The position numbers were made by a program, and so were the translations under genes. Below are positions 28,695 to 37,971 of a stretch of DNA of 64,000 nt, in pieces. The stretch lies in IMG/VR virus record IMGVR_UViG_3300022752_003639, positions 1 to 64,000 of that record; one strand, given 5' to 3'. Position 1 is the stretch's first letter. Each line of letters starts with the position of its first letter. The notes below the pieces were generated by a model that had not been told where the DNA came from, ran no database searches, and saw only the letters and a list, made by a program, of their open reading frames with translations. This DNA is from a virus.

Positions 28695-29051
28695 ATGAGT
28701 GGTTATACCTTAGTTCGTAAAGTCAAACATCTGGAAACAGAGTGTGATAGATTGGGCTTTACCATGTGCCATGCTCGCATGTATAGTAAAGAATTTGGTG
28801 ATGTAGTCGCCCTAAAGCCCAAAGATTTGGAAAGTCTACCTGTATTCAGTCGTGATGCCGAGGTATTTGTAGGCACACTCTCAGAGTTAGAATCGTGGCT
28901 CATGGGCTTGGAGTGGGCTCGTAGATATGATCGTATGCTGTTTGGTGTCAAACATGACAAAAATAGAGAACGCAAAGAACAAGATCTACGCAACAAACAA
29001 TTAATGAAAATAATTAAAGAAGGCAAATTACCAGATGAACAGTCATCTTAG
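28695..29051 (+). CDS. Hypothetical protein
   Basis: ORF in run. Confidence 0.7.
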   Translation: MSGYTLVRKVKHLETECDRLGFTMCHARMYSKEFGDVVALKPKDLESLPVFSRDAEVFVGTLSELESWLMGLEWARRYDRMLFGVKHDKNRERKEQDLRNKQLMKIIKEGKLPDEQSS

Positions 29052-29247
29052 GTCATTAGCAGAACGAGCCGCTAGAGATATTGATCTTGCCTACCCCGGA
29101 GATGCTTTTCCAAATGCTATTGTCAAACACATCGTCAAAGACCTTACCGCAGAATTCGCCAAGGTCAAATGGATGGGCGATGATGAAGGTTGGGAACGGG
29201 CTGTAAAAGCAGTTTCGGAAGAGATTAAAAAACGATACGGTGTGTGA
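29035..29247 (+). CDS. Small hypothetical, distant member of paralogue family
   Basis: MNSHLRSLAERA...IKKRYGV. Confidence 0.65.
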   Translation: MNSHLRSLAERAARDIDLAYPGDAFPNAIVKHIVKDLTAEFAKVKWMGDDEGWERAVKAVSEEIKKRYGV

Positions 29248-29266
29248 CCTTGTTGGGAGAAGTATT

Positions 29267-29476
29267 ATGAACGAAATAGTTAAAGCCATTTGGAACAAGG
29301 CAGCATCAAGTCATGAACAGGCTGACACAAGTTGGCAGACTAAAGAAAACTTTATGAGTAGGTTTGCTGAATTGATTGTAGAAGAATGCTGCTCACAACT
29401 ATATGACCGTGGTCAATACAGTGACGGTGATTGGGCCAAATATCGTATTCGTAAACACTTTGGATTAGAGAAATGA
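29267..29476 (+). CDS. Small hypothetical, FAELIVEEC paralogue family
   Basis: RFAELIVEECC...IRKHFGLEK. Confidence 0.7.
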   Translation: MNEIVKAIWNKAASSHEQADTSWQTKENFMSRFAELIVEECCSQLYDRGQYSDGDWAKYRIRKHFGLEK

Positions 29477-29706
29477 ACAGTGATTTTGAACGACAGGCAA
29501 GGTGGTATGCCCTAAAGTTAATCTTGGTATACATCAGCATCATAGCCACCTTATTTGTTATAGGCTACATCGATCTATTTTATTTGTTCGTTGTGGTTAC
29601 ATTAATGTTTGTTTTAGTCATAGCGGGTGCCATATATAGGGATGCCTATTATACTAAACTTGTAGAGTTAGAGGTAGAGAAATATGACCAATCAAGAACT
29701 AATTAA
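29473..29706 (+). CDS. Small 2-TM membrane protein
   Basis: Two hydrophobic stretches. Confidence 0.65.
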   Translation: MNSDFERQARWYALKLILVYISIIATLFVIGYIDLFYLFVVVTLMFVLVIAGAIYRDAYYTKLVELEVEKYDQSRTN

Positions 29707-29821
29707 TACCCTGCGTAAGGCCAGTGAAAGCCAAGATAACATAGCATTGAAGATGTTATTGATTATGGCGGCTGAAAGAATGGAAAGATTACATCATGCT
29801 CTATATGGAGATAAGGAATGA
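29684..29821 (+). CDS. Hypothetical 45 aa protein; not in ORF track
   Basis: GAGG SD; MTNQELINTLRKA...YGDKE. Confidence 0.55.
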   Translation: MTNQELINTLRKASESQDNIALKMLLIMAAERMERLHHALYGDKE

Positions 29822-30051
29822 ACGAACGAATTCGAGAACTTGCTCGACAGGCTGGATTGAAAGTAAATGCAGATGGCGATTTCCTGGTGTTTACTGGGTC
29901 AAGTGGTAGTCGTTACAGAGTTCATAAGAACTCGTATCGTACAAATTATCTTACTGGCTCCATTCTTACTGATCTTCAGAAAAACAACACTACCTCTACC
30001 ATACAACTCATGCCCGAGACCACTAATTTCTTGGAACTAGATTATGAATAA
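29818..30051 (+). CDS. Small hypothetical with family N-terminus but unrelated C-terminus
   Basis: MNERIRELARQAG. Confidence 0.65.
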   Translation: MNERIRELARQAGLKVNADGDFLVFTGSSGSRYRVHKNSYRTNYLTGSILTDLQKNNTTSTIQLMPETTNFLELDYE

Positions 30052-30277
30052 ACGTATTGAAGAATTAGCCGTTTCTAGCGGCATTTATGACAGTCTATGC
30101 GACCCTTACGATGCTTTGAAGAATGGTGATTACTATAGCAGCATTAAGGTTGACTTAGAAAAGTTCGCCGAGTTGATTGTAGAAGAATGTGCTAATGTCG
30201 CCGATGAGAATTACATCCATCGCGGAAGTAGAACTTGTGGGCTAGCGATTAGACTACATTTCGGAGTTGAAGAATGA
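30044..30277 (+). CDS. Small hypothetical, FAELIVEEC family
   Basis: MNKRIEELA...KFAELIVEECA...IRLHFGVEE. Confidence 0.7.
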   Translation: MNKRIEELAVSSGIYDSLCDPYDALKNGDYYSSIKVDLEKFAELIVEECANVADENYIHRGSRTCGLAIRLHFGVEE

Positions 30278-30372
30278 ACGAGATTGGTTTGGCACTGCTG
30301 GCCTGTTATGTGATAGGTTTTGTCACTGGTTTTGTTTGGGGCTGGCAAAAAGAATTAGGATTAGAAGAATGA
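30274..30372 (+). CDS. 32 aa single-TM peptide; not in ORF track
   Basis: ATGA-coupled at both ends; MNEIGLALLACYVIGFVTGFVWGW. Confidence 0.55.
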   Translation: MNEIGLALLACYVIGFVTGFVWGWQKELGLEE

Positions 30373-30581
30373 ACACTATTAGATTATGTAAGAGAGAAGT
30401 AGAACGAATTAAAGAACTGTTTGATACCATACACCAAACCGGTAATGTTGGATTTGTCCTTCTTACGCAAAATGATGAAGACTCTGGTATTGGTTATGAA
30501 CTTAGAGCCACCTTCCAGATTACTCACAAAGACACAGATGGTGAATTTACTGTGACAATAACTGACCACAGAGATTGGTAA
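30369..30581 (+). CDS. Hypothetical protein
   Basis: Start moved to coupled ATG 30369. Confidence 0.6.
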   Translation: MNTIRLCKREVERIKELFDTIHQTGNVGFVLLTQNDEDSGIGYELRATFQITHKDTDGEFTVTITDHRDW

Positions 30582-30582
30582 T

Positions 30583-30822
30583 ATGAACAATCGCCTAGAG
30601 GATTTAATGTATCGAGCAGGACTAACCGCCCAGGGTTGTTGGGATAGCATGGACGACTATGATCACAGGGCTATAGAAAAGTTTGCTGACCTCATTATAC
30701 AAGATTGCCTATTAGCACTTGAACCTGATTCCATGGCACCGGAGATAGACTATGATGTGGAAGAAAAGTTCTATCGTCGCAGTGCTAAAAAAATTAAAAG
30801 ACATTTTGGAATTGAACAATGA
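30583..30822 (+). CDS. Small hypothetical, FAELI family
   Basis: MNNRLEDLMYRAG...KFADLIIQDC...IKRHFGIEQ. Confidence 0.7.
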   Translation: MNNRLEDLMYRAGLTAQGCWDSMDDYDHRAIEKFADLIIQDCLLALEPDSMAPEIDYDVEEKFYRRSAKKIKRHFGIEQ

Positions 30823-31055
30823 ATGGCAAAATTATAGAACTGGCTCGTGAAGCAAATGTGCTGAGAACTGAATATGCTGCTCCTAAATATGGAGTTCATA
30901 GTGAACCCAGTTTAATTGACCTAATTCGATTCGCAGAACTAATAATAAACGAATGTGCTAACAGATTGGATTGTGATAATAGAATTGTCAACGTTACTAC
31001 TCCACAGGTGACTTGTGGCTTTATACTAAAAAACCATTTTGGACTGGAAAAATAA
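30819..31055 (+). CDS. Small hypothetical, FAELI family
   Basis: MNGKIIELAREA...RFAELIINECA...LKNHFGLEK. Confidence 0.7.
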   Translation: MNGKIIELAREANVLRTEYAAPKYGVHSEPSLIDLIRFAELIINECANRLDCDNRIVNVTTPQVTCGFILKNHFGLEK

Positions 31056-31256
31056 ATGACTATTGATACTTACAACCGCAAGGCTCGTTTTGCTGAACTA
31101 AAGCCATATGATCCATTTGCCGACAAAGATGACTTTATGGAAGTCTGCGAATGGCACAATGGTGAAGGATTTGATGTGACTATAAACAATCGTATTGTTT
31201 CATACACTTGGGGGCAGTGGGAATGCCTACAGGTATTGGTAAATTTTAAGGCCTAA
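31056..31256 (+). CDS. Hypothetical protein
   Basis: EVCEWHNGEGFDV motif; end of run. Confidence 0.7.
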   Translation: MTIDTYNRKARFAELKPYDPFADKDDFMEVCEWHNGEGFDVTINNRIVSYTWGQWECLQVLVNFKA

Positions 31257-31286
31257 TCTATAGTTTTTTTATTTTCTCATTTAACA

Positions 31287-31315
31287 TTGACACAAATACG
31301 GATTTATATTATAGT
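31287..31315 (+). promoter_or_regulatory. Sigma70 promoter
   Basis: TTGACA-17-TATAGT. Confidence 0.75.
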
Positions 31316-31344
31316 AAAGAAATATACTATACATAGGAGATATT

Positions 31345-31482
31345 ATGAGTTGGTTTCAAGAAGGAGTTATGCTATTTGTAATAGCAATGATTGGACTTGG
31401 TGTAATACATGAGTTAGAAAAAATAGCCAGAATTTTAAATCACCATTTAGACGAAAATAAAGAGCATCATAATGATAATTGA
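31345..31482 (+). CDS. 45 aa single-TM peptide; not in ORF track
   Basis: AGGAG SD; MSWFQEGVMLFVIAMIGLGVI. Confidence 0.65.
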   Translation: MSWFQEGVMLFVIAMIGLGVIHELEKIARILNHHLDENKEHHNDN

Positions 31483-31717
31483 AAAACTTGCACTTTATAC
31501 TGCAATTATATATTTCTGTAGCGGAAACGACTGTGGTATGATAACTACATCTAATCCTCTAAGGAGCGATGAAGAATGTCGCCAAGAACTAGGAACGATG
31601 GAAGATCGATTACGTTCAAACAAAGAAAAAACATTTTCCAAAATCGATGGAAGATGTAGCCGTATGTTGTTGGATTATAAAGAATTTAAATCTGATGTAT
31701 GTGATACTAAAACTTAG
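31472..31717 (+). CDS. Small secreted Cys-containing protein
   Basis: Hydrophobic N-terminus, five Cys. Confidence 0.6.
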   Translation: MIIEKLALYTAIIYFCSGNDCGMITTSNPLRSDEECRQELGTMEDRLRSNKEKTFSKIDGRCSRMLLDYKEFKSDVCDTKT

Positions 31718-31725
31718 GATATAAT

Positions 31726-31848
31726 ATGTGGATACTAAAATTAGTTGCTGTAGGGTTTTTTACAGCCATAGGTTGGGGTGTGGCAGATGCTTATGTAGTT
31801 CAGCCATATATTGCACCTAAAACTAAAGTTGAAATAGAGATAGAATAA
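31726..31848 (+). CDS. 40 aa single-TM peptide; not in ORF track
   Basis: AGGA SD; MWILKLVAVGFFTAIGWGVADAYV. Confidence 0.6.
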   Translation: MWILKLVAVGFFTAIGWGVADAYVVQPYIAPKTKVEIEIE

Positions 31849-32276
31849 TGAATTTCATAAAAAATCTTTTCTCACGGTGTAGAAATACTCAAAAATATTG
31901 GATGTTTATCTATTTTATAATTTTATTTTTTGCAGTAATTTTTACAATTTATAAAACTATATATTTGAACGAAGTTAAAAATATTGATCAAACTGCAAAT
32001 GAATTATCTGTATTAAACACTAAATTAGACAAATTAGAAAAAACAACTTTAGAAAATAACTTAGAACTACAAAAACAAATATTACAAAACAAAAAATTAA
32101 TTACAGAACAAGAAACACTTATCACAGCCAATAAACAGTTAGAAAAGAGAATACAGGCTCATACAGAACTTTTAAAAAGAATGTGTGAATATATTGTAGT
32201 AATTACTGTAGATAAAAAAATTACTCCTAGGCAATGTTTAGCTGATTACAGTTGGAAAAGAGAGGAAGGGCTGTAG
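31848..32276 (+). CDS. TM-anchored coiled-coil protein
   Basis: One TM then heptad-like helix. Confidence 0.7.
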   Translation: MNFIKNLFSRCRNTQKYWMFIYFIILFFAVIFTIYKTIYLNEVKNIDQTANELSVLNTKLDKLEKTTLENNLELQKQILQNKKLITEQETLITANKQLEKRIQAHTELLKRMCEYIVVITVDKKITPRQCLADYSWKREEGL

Positions 32277-32371
32277 TGGATACTATTGAGGTAATGATAG
32301 GTAATGCGTTATTTTTTGTATTAATATTGTTAATATTTGTATTCCTTTGGAAATATAGTAAATTTAAATGA
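32276..32371 (+). CDS. 31 aa single-TM peptide; not in ORF track
   Basis: GTG overlapping upstream TAG; LFFVLILLIFVFLW. Confidence 0.5.
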   Translation: MDTIEVMIGNALFFVLILLIFVFLWKYSKFK

Positions 32372-32457
32372 ACACTTTAGACATCGTTATTAATATCTCA
32401 ATCGTGATATTTTTTGGGTTACTAATTATTTTGACACTAATAGCAGATAGAAAATGA
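32368..32457 (+). CDS. 29 aa single-TM peptide; not in ORF track
   Basis: ATGA-coupled at both ends. Confidence 0.55.
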   Translation: MNTLDIVINISIVIFFGLLIILTLIADRK

Positions 32458-32903
32458 CTAATGAACAAATTAGAGAACAAGACTTGAAAAATCAAAAAGC
32501 CTTGGCATTTCCACAGATTGGAGACTATTGGCACGAAATGTTCTGTCCCTACTTTGTCATAGTGAACAAGGAAGGTGATAAATTCCGTGTGCTTAGTTGC
32601 TTGGGTGGGCCTAAAAGTTTTACTCGTAAAGATGAACTTAACGCACAGATCGAAGTGGATAACGGTCATTGGGGCTTTGACTACTCAAAGAGTATGCTGG
32701 TGGATCACGAGTGGATTCGACGGGCCGTGACCTATGGTAGCATTGATGGCTTTGTGGCAGATGTGGTGCAGAGTGAAAAAACTGCTCGAATCGCTCAAGA
32801 ATGGCGTAACTGGAAGCAGACAGAAATGCGCAAACAGATTCAAGCCTTGGAATCAGAGTGGGAACAATTTACAGGTTGGAAATATTTGAAGGAAACAGCA
32901 TGA
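32454..32903 (+). CDS. Hypothetical protein
   Basis: ORF in run. Confidence 0.75.
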   Translation: MTNEQIREQDLKNQKALAFPQIGDYWHEMFCPYFVIVNKEGDKFRVLSCLGGPKSFTRKDELNAQIEVDNGHWGFDYSKSMLVDHEWIRRAVTYGSIDGFVADVVQSEKTARIAQEWRNWKQTEMRKQIQALESEWEQFTGWKYLKETA

Positions 32904-33226
32904 CCAAAATTGTTATTAATCGTTGCTTTGGTGGTTTTGGTTTGAGCGATTTAGCCATGCTTGAAATCGCTAATCGTAAAGGATGGACTCGTATTTTGAA
33001 ATCTAGACATTATTCACTTATGTCACCAGATGGAGGAGAGATTACTGATTATGATATTCCACGGGATGATCCTGATCTCGTAGTAGCTGTAGAGATGTTA
33101 AAGGAAAAATCGTTTGGAGAATTTGCTGAACTTTTGGTTGTAGAAATACCCAATGATGTAGAATGGTGTATAGAAGAATACGATGGTAGAGAATGGATAG
33201 CCGAACGTCATAGGGTATGGCCTTGA
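32900..33226 (+). CDS. Conserved phage hypothetical protein
   Basis: KIVINRCFGGFGLS...RDDPDLV...IEEYDGREW. Confidence 0.75.
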   Translation: MTKIVINRCFGGFGLSDLAMLEIANRKGWTRILKSRHYSLMSPDGGEITDYDIPRDDPDLVVAVEMLKEKSFGEFAELLVVEIPNDVEWCIEEYDGREWIAERHRVWP

Positions 33227-33251
33227 CTTTAAAATAAAAAATCTGTATAAT
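33223..33251 (+). promoter_or_regulatory. Sigma70 promoter
   Basis: TTGACT-17-TATAAT. Confidence 0.8.
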
Positions 33252-33284
33252 AAAATTATATTAATTTATAATTAAGGAAGTTCT

Positions 33285-35258
33285 GTGAACTTAAAAAAAC
33301 TTTTGCCTGCTTTACTTTTGTTTAATTCAGTAGCATATTCACAGGTAGAATCTTTACCAAATAGTTATAAGGTCGTAGGAATAGACACAGTCTGGCAATA
33401 TGGGTACAAAGGTTCTGGAGTAAGAGTTGCAGTTATTGATAACGGTTTTGATTTAAATCATAAAGATCTTGAAGGAAGATTTTGGAAAGCAAGCAATTTT
33501 TATGATCTTACTAGTAATGTTAAATGGGCAGGCCATGGAACTGGCATGGCTAGTATTATTGGAGCTAAGGCAGGCAATGGTGGAGTAGTAGGTGTAGCGC
33601 CAGAATCACATCTATGGTTAGCGCAAATAGGCGCTGGCCAGTACAGTCCACTTATGAGCACGGCAGCATTTAATTTAGCACTAAATTGGGCTAGCTCATG
33701 GAGTGCTTCTGTGATTAATGCTAGTCTAGGGTATGCATATGATGATAATTTTATTAAATCAGCCCGATATGATACTAAGACAAATACTTATATTGTAGAC
33801 CAATCTCTGCTAAGAACTGTAACTAAGACTGATTCATTGGCCGTGGCAACAGGCCGTAATTCTATTATTGTTATCAGCGCAGGCAACCAATCATTACCAT
33901 ATGCTAGTTTTCCTGCGCAGTTTGCTTCGAGACTAGATATCTACGGTAATCTAATCTTAGGTGGAAAAATGTTAGTGGTAGGCAGTGTTTCTGATGACGG
34001 AACAATCAGCACTTTTAGCAATAGAGCTGGCCACATTTGTTCAATGCCTGTTGCTAATACTTGCTTAGATCTTGTTAAAACTACTGATTTTTTTGTTGTA
34101 GCACCTGGAAACAAAATTCCCCAGGCACAGGCTTTAGGAAATTCTACAATTTATGGATCTGGAACCAGTGAAAGTGCAGCATTAGTCACTGGTGGTATAG
34201 CATTATTAAGGCAAGCATGGCCTCAACTACGCTCTGAACAATTAGTTAAATTAGTATTGAGTACAACTAAAGATCTCGGAGCTCCTGGCACAGATAATAT
34301 ATATGGCAGAGGTATGGTAGACTTTGCCAATGCTGCTAAATCTCAAGGTATAATAAAACTAGCCTCTGCTAATATGAAACTAGGATCCGATATACCGCAA
34401 CCTAGTAATGTTATTAATAATATTGACGGAACAAAATTATTAGGTCAGGGTAATTTTACATCATTACTGGTTTCAAGCAATATACTTAAGACTGCTCAGG
34501 TGATAGACAGCTATGATAGAAATTATACAGCAGACTTTACTCGAGCTATTGCCAAATTACCTGTTGTGTATAATCCAGATAGTCCTTGGTTATCATTTTC
34601 TAGCATGATTAAATTACCGATTGATAAAAATAAAGACTTAACCATACATAAGTCTTATAATGGATTAGCTACTGAACTGAACATTTATCAGCATAACTGG
34701 GTTTATAACCTACAGGTAGGTAATCAGCAAGATTTCAATGGCTATCTAGGTAATTCTGGATATGGATCTCTATCCTTGGGCAGTAGTTATACAAATTGGA
34801 TGATGTTAGGCATAGAAAGAAAGTTAACTGATACAACTAATCTAGTAGCAAACTATGGTCAAGGTATGACAGATATTTTGAATTCAACTTACAGCATGAT
34901 TTATACCGAACCTGGATTACGATCTGCAACATGGAGTGTCGGGCTCAAATCTAATAATATATTTTATGAGCAAGATGTTTTACAATTGAAAATAGCTAAT
35001 CCTGTGCATATCGTTAAGGGCTATGCACAGATTACGGCAGTAACAGGATATACTTATGAGGAAGATGCAGAAGGCAATTTTACAGCATCACCTGTTATTG
35101 GAAAAGAGCGCATAAATTTAGCTCAAAATAATATAAAGCCAATACTATCTTTAAGTTATAAACGATCTTTATCACATGTAAGCAATATCGGCATATCTTG
35201 GTCTGGTTCTTCAGATTCTTATAAAATGGGATTATTTTATAATTATATATTCAAATAA
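33285..35258 (+). CDS. Secreted S8 (subtilisin-like) peptidase with C-terminal beta-rich domain
   Basis: Signal peptide; VAVIDNG (Asp), GHGTGMA (His), SAGN, GTSESA (Ser); DNIYGRG. Confidence 0.88.
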   Translation: MNLKKLLPALLLFNSVAYSQVESLPNSYKVVGIDTVWQYGYKGSGVRVAVIDNGFDLNHKDLEGRFWKASNFYDLTSNVKWAGHGTGMASIIGAKAGNGGVVGVAPESHLWLAQIGAGQYSPLMSTAAFNLALNWASSWSASVINASLGYAYDDNFIKSARYDTKTNTYIVDQSLLRTVTKTDSLAVATGRNSIIVISAGNQSLPYASFPAQFASRLDIYGNLILGGKMLVVGSVSDDGTISTFSNRAGHICSMPVANTCLDLVKTTDFFVVAPGNKIPQAQALGNSTIYGSGTSESAALVTGGIALLRQAWPQLRSEQLVKLVLSTTKDLGAPGTDNIYGRGMVDFANAAKSQGIIKLASANMKLGSDIPQPSNVINNIDGTKLLGQGNFTSLLVSSNILKTAQVIDSYDRNYTADFTRAIAKLPVVYNPDSPWLSFSSMIKLPIDKNKDLTIHKSYNGLATELNIYQHNWVYNLQVGNQQDFNGYLGNSGYGSLSLGSSYTNWMMLGIERKLTDTTNLVANYGQGMTDILNSTYSMIYTEPGLRSATWSVGLKSNNIFYEQDVLQLKIANPVHIVKGYAQITAVTGYTYEEDAEGNFTASPVIGKERINLAQNNIKPILSLSYKRSLSHVSNIGISWSGSSDSYKMGLFYNYIFK

Positions 35259-35279
35259 TTATAATCTTTTAAATACAAT

Positions 35280-35504
35280 ATGCGCATATTACCTATCAGC
35301 CATTACTATCCTAGTCTAATACATAGGTATGATTACATGGTTTTTAGTCAAGACACACTGGTAAACGATATAGGATCTGCTCCATTGAATAAAAGTTACA
35401 CTGATATAAATGCACCTGTTCACGTACCTATTCAGGTACATCCAGCAGCAATTATAACTCTCAGTGCTGATGCTCTTTTTTTATTAACCAAACCGATAGA
35501 ATGA
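35280..35504 (+). CDS. Hypothetical protein
   Basis: ORF in run. Confidence 0.5.
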   Translation: MRILPISHYYPSLIHRYDYMVFSQDTLVNDIGSAPLNKSYTDINAPVHVPIQVHPAAIITLSADALFLLTKPIE

Positions 35505-35671
35505 AACAAGATAATCAAGTTTTTACAACAGATCCAAGAATAACCCAATCTAAGTTGTTTAGTACGGAGACTTTACCAAAAATTTATTACGATCTTAAAG
35601 CTCAAGACAAAAAGAAAAGAAAGGTATTAGCCGATGAGCAATCAATTAGACAAAATCAAGAACAGTATTAG
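35501..35671 (+). CDS. Hypothetical 56 aa protein; not in ORF track
   Basis: ATGA-coupled to upstream ORF; overlaps next ORF by 38 nt. Confidence 0.4.
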   Translation: MKQDNQVFTTDPRITQSKLFSTETLPKIYYDLKAQDKKKRKVLADEQSIRQNQEQY

Positions 35672-35921
35672 ACGTCAAAAAGATGAAAATGCTGTGGCTA
35701 AACAGGTTAAGATAGCCAAAGCATATAATATTCCTGTAGAAGAACCTCACAAGTTAGCAAAACATCATGCCACCAACTGCGGTAACCCTAAATGTCATAT
35801 GTGTGCTAACCCAAGGAAAATATTTAAAGAACCTACTGCACAAGAACGCAGACTATTTCAAGACGCAGATACTCCAAACGATAGGCACAGCAATGGACTC
35901 AAACCCAGGGATGAAGTTTAG
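35634..35921 (+). CDS. Small protein with possible Zn site
   Basis: HHATNCGNPKCHMCANPR. Confidence 0.7.
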   Translation: MSNQLDKIKNSIRRQKDENAVAKQVKIAKAYNIPVEEPHKLAKHHATNCGNPKCHMCANPRKIFKEPTAQERRLFQDADTPNDRHSNGLKPRDEV

Positions 35922-36117
35922 ACCTCAACAGCTTCATAGAAAATTTAGTATTAAGCATAGTAACTGGCAACCTAGATCTAAATGGTCGCCCAAAGACTAT
36001 TTACTTCATGTGTTTAGTATGTTACACTATAAAAGTAGACATGCTCCTAGGCCTATACAGATAAAATGGCGTAAGGCTTCTACTAGATTTGAACGTCAAC
36101 ATCACAAAATTATCTAA
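35911..36117 (+). CDS. Basic hypothetical protein
   Basis: Start moved to ATG 35911. Confidence 0.5.
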   Translation: MKFRPQQLHRKFSIKHSNWQPRSKWSPKDYLLHVFSMLHYKSRHAPRPIQIKWRKASTRFERQHHKII

Positions 36118-36135
36118 ACTACACAAAGGAATCTT

Positions 36136-36666
36136 ATGAACATTAAAGACTATTTAGAAGTGGTTAACTATCGTATCACAGAAGGTGACACATTTGGTTG
36201 GACCTGCTTTGGTGAGCATGCCTACAACCTCAGCGCATGGAATGGAGATCACGATGGTTGGAGTTTTAACATGGTGTTCGATACTCGTGACCAAACTGTT
36301 TATTCAGTAGAAGCCTGTGACTATAAGCGTAAACGTGCATATCGTTATCTCAATCCAGATCATCGTGAAACCTATATTACCTATGGTAAGACCAAACATG
36401 CAGACTACTACAATCAAGCCTGGGACAATGTTGACTTTACAGACCTAGAAGTTGAAGAAGATTGGATTGAAAAGGCCCGTAGCATTGTTGCTGACAAGGA
36501 ATACAGCACTGATGTCATTCTTCCGTTAGAGTTAGATGATGATGAACTATTCGCTCTGATGAAAATGGCTCACGAACGAGACATTACCTTTAATCAACTT
36601 TGCCGTGAGGCCATACAGGCTGCTATAGATCGTGAAAAAAAGACTGCTGGCAAACTCGAGGTTTAA
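36136..36666 (+). CDS. Hypothetical protein with C-terminal RHH-like segment
   Basis: AAGGA SD; LELDDDELFALMKMAHERDITFNQL. Confidence 0.75.
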   Translation: MNIKDYLEVVNYRITEGDTFGWTCFGEHAYNLSAWNGDHDGWSFNMVFDTRDQTVYSVEACDYKRKRAYRYLNPDHRETYITYGKTKHADYYNQAWDNVDFTDLEVEEDWIEKARSIVADKEYSTDVILPLELDDDELFALMKMAHERDITFNQLCREAIQAAIDREKKTAGKLEV

Positions 36667-36670
36667 ACCA

Positions 36671-36967
36671 GTGACACTTGCAGACGAACGTTATCGCAGT
36701 CTCGTTGAAACTAAGAAGTTTCTTATGACACTTCTTAGTCCACATGCAACTCCAAAAGTTCCACGAGTGATCCGTGAACGTGCTCGTTCGTTATTGAGAC
36801 ACTGGCCCGATAACTACCATTTAGAAAAGATGACCATAGACATGCCTCATGACTTTGCCAAAGAAATGGAGCCACTATATCGCATGGTCAAACAGCGTGA
36901 ACAAGAACTTAATGAAGAAGTAACACAACCTAAAGACCCTCACAACCAAGAAAATTTAAACTGGTAA
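36671..36967 (+). CDS. Conserved hypothetical protein
   Basis: GTG after GAGG; TLADERYRS...RSLLRHWP. Confidence 0.7.
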   Translation: MTLADERYRSLVETKKFLMTLLSPHATPKVPRVIRERARSLLRHWPDNYHLEKMTIDMPHDFAKEMEPLYRMVKQREQELNEEVTQPKDPHNQENLNW

Positions 36968-36970
36968 TTT

Positions 36971-37318
36971 ATGACAACTAATGCTTTTATCTTTGCCTGG
37001 GATGAATTCGGTATTGAAAGCATTGTGCCCATTACCGAATACGAACACTGGGACAAGCAGCAACTAATGGAAATGTTGAAAGATAAACCTAGACGGCGTA
37101 ATCCATTAGACCTCATAGTTCGCAATCTCATACTTCGTGCTCAGGTCAACGCCCAACGGCATTATGAAATATATGCCATAGACTGTGAAAAGGAAATGGA
37201 TGAAAAATTCTGGCGTAGATCTTGGGCAGAAGATCCGCAGGCCATGGCAGACATTATTAGAGAACGTGGACACAAACTCTTTTCAGCAAGACGCACTCAA
37301 CAACCATTAATAACATAA
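36971..37318 (+). CDS. Hypothetical protein
   Basis: ORF in run. Confidence 0.75.
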   Translation: MTTNAFIFAWDEFGIESIVPITEYEHWDKQQLMEMLKDKPRRRNPLDLIVRNLILRAQVNAQRHYEIYAIDCEKEMDEKFWRRSWAEDPQAMADIIRERGHKLFSARRTQQPLIT

Positions 37319-37327
37319 GGATAAAAA

Positions 37328-37912
37328 ATGCTAGTACCTATGGTAATTGAACGGACCAGTCAAGGTGAACGTGCCTTTGACATTTACAGTAGACTTTTAA
37401 ACGAACGTATTGTTTTTCTAAATGGTCCAGTAGACGACAATGTAAGTAATTTAATCATCGCTCAAATTCTACACTTAGAAAGTCAAGACTCTGACAAAGA
37501 TATTAATTTTTATATCAATAGCCCAGGCGGTATAATTACAGCAGGCATGGCTATCTATGATGTCATGCAGTTTGTTAAACCAGACATTGCCACATATGTT
37601 TTAGGGCAAGCCTGTTCTATGGGGTCATTTTTAGCACAGGCAGGCACTGCGGGTAAACGCTATATGTTGCCCCATGCACGCCATATGATTCACCAGCCCA
37701 GTGGAGGTGCTAGAGGTATGGCATCAGATATTGAAATTTCCTATAAAGAAATTATGGCCATGAAACATATGTTAACCAACCTGTATGTGAAACATAATAC
37801 CGCAGGTAAGACCTATGAAGACTTTGAGCGTGACATGGATCGCGATAAGTTTATGAGTGCAGAAGAAGCATTTGTTTATGGACTATGTGATAGGATCGTA
37901 GCCTCCAGATAA
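37328..37912 (+). CDS. clpP: ATP-dependent Clp protease proteolytic subunit
   Basis: [23 protein letters not shown] (Ser), MIHQP (His), RDKFM (Asp). Confidence 0.96.
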   Translation: MLVPMVIERTSQGERAFDIYSRLLNERIVFLNGPVDDNVSNLIIAQILHLESQDSDKDINFYINSPGGIITAGMAIYDVMQFVKPDIATYVLGQACSMGSFLAQAGTAGKRYMLPHARHMIHQPSGGARGMASDIEISYKEIMAMKHMLTNLYVKHNTAGKTYEDFERDMDRDKFMSAEEAFVYGLCDRIVASR

Positions 37913-37971
37913 ACTTACAAGAAAATTCTCCTCTAAGAGTAATTAAATAATTGTGCTTATGGGAGAACATC

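Noticed and set aside
28703-29026. 107 aa antisense ORF spanning 28695..29051
   Set aside because: Antisense to a gene with SD in a co-directional run
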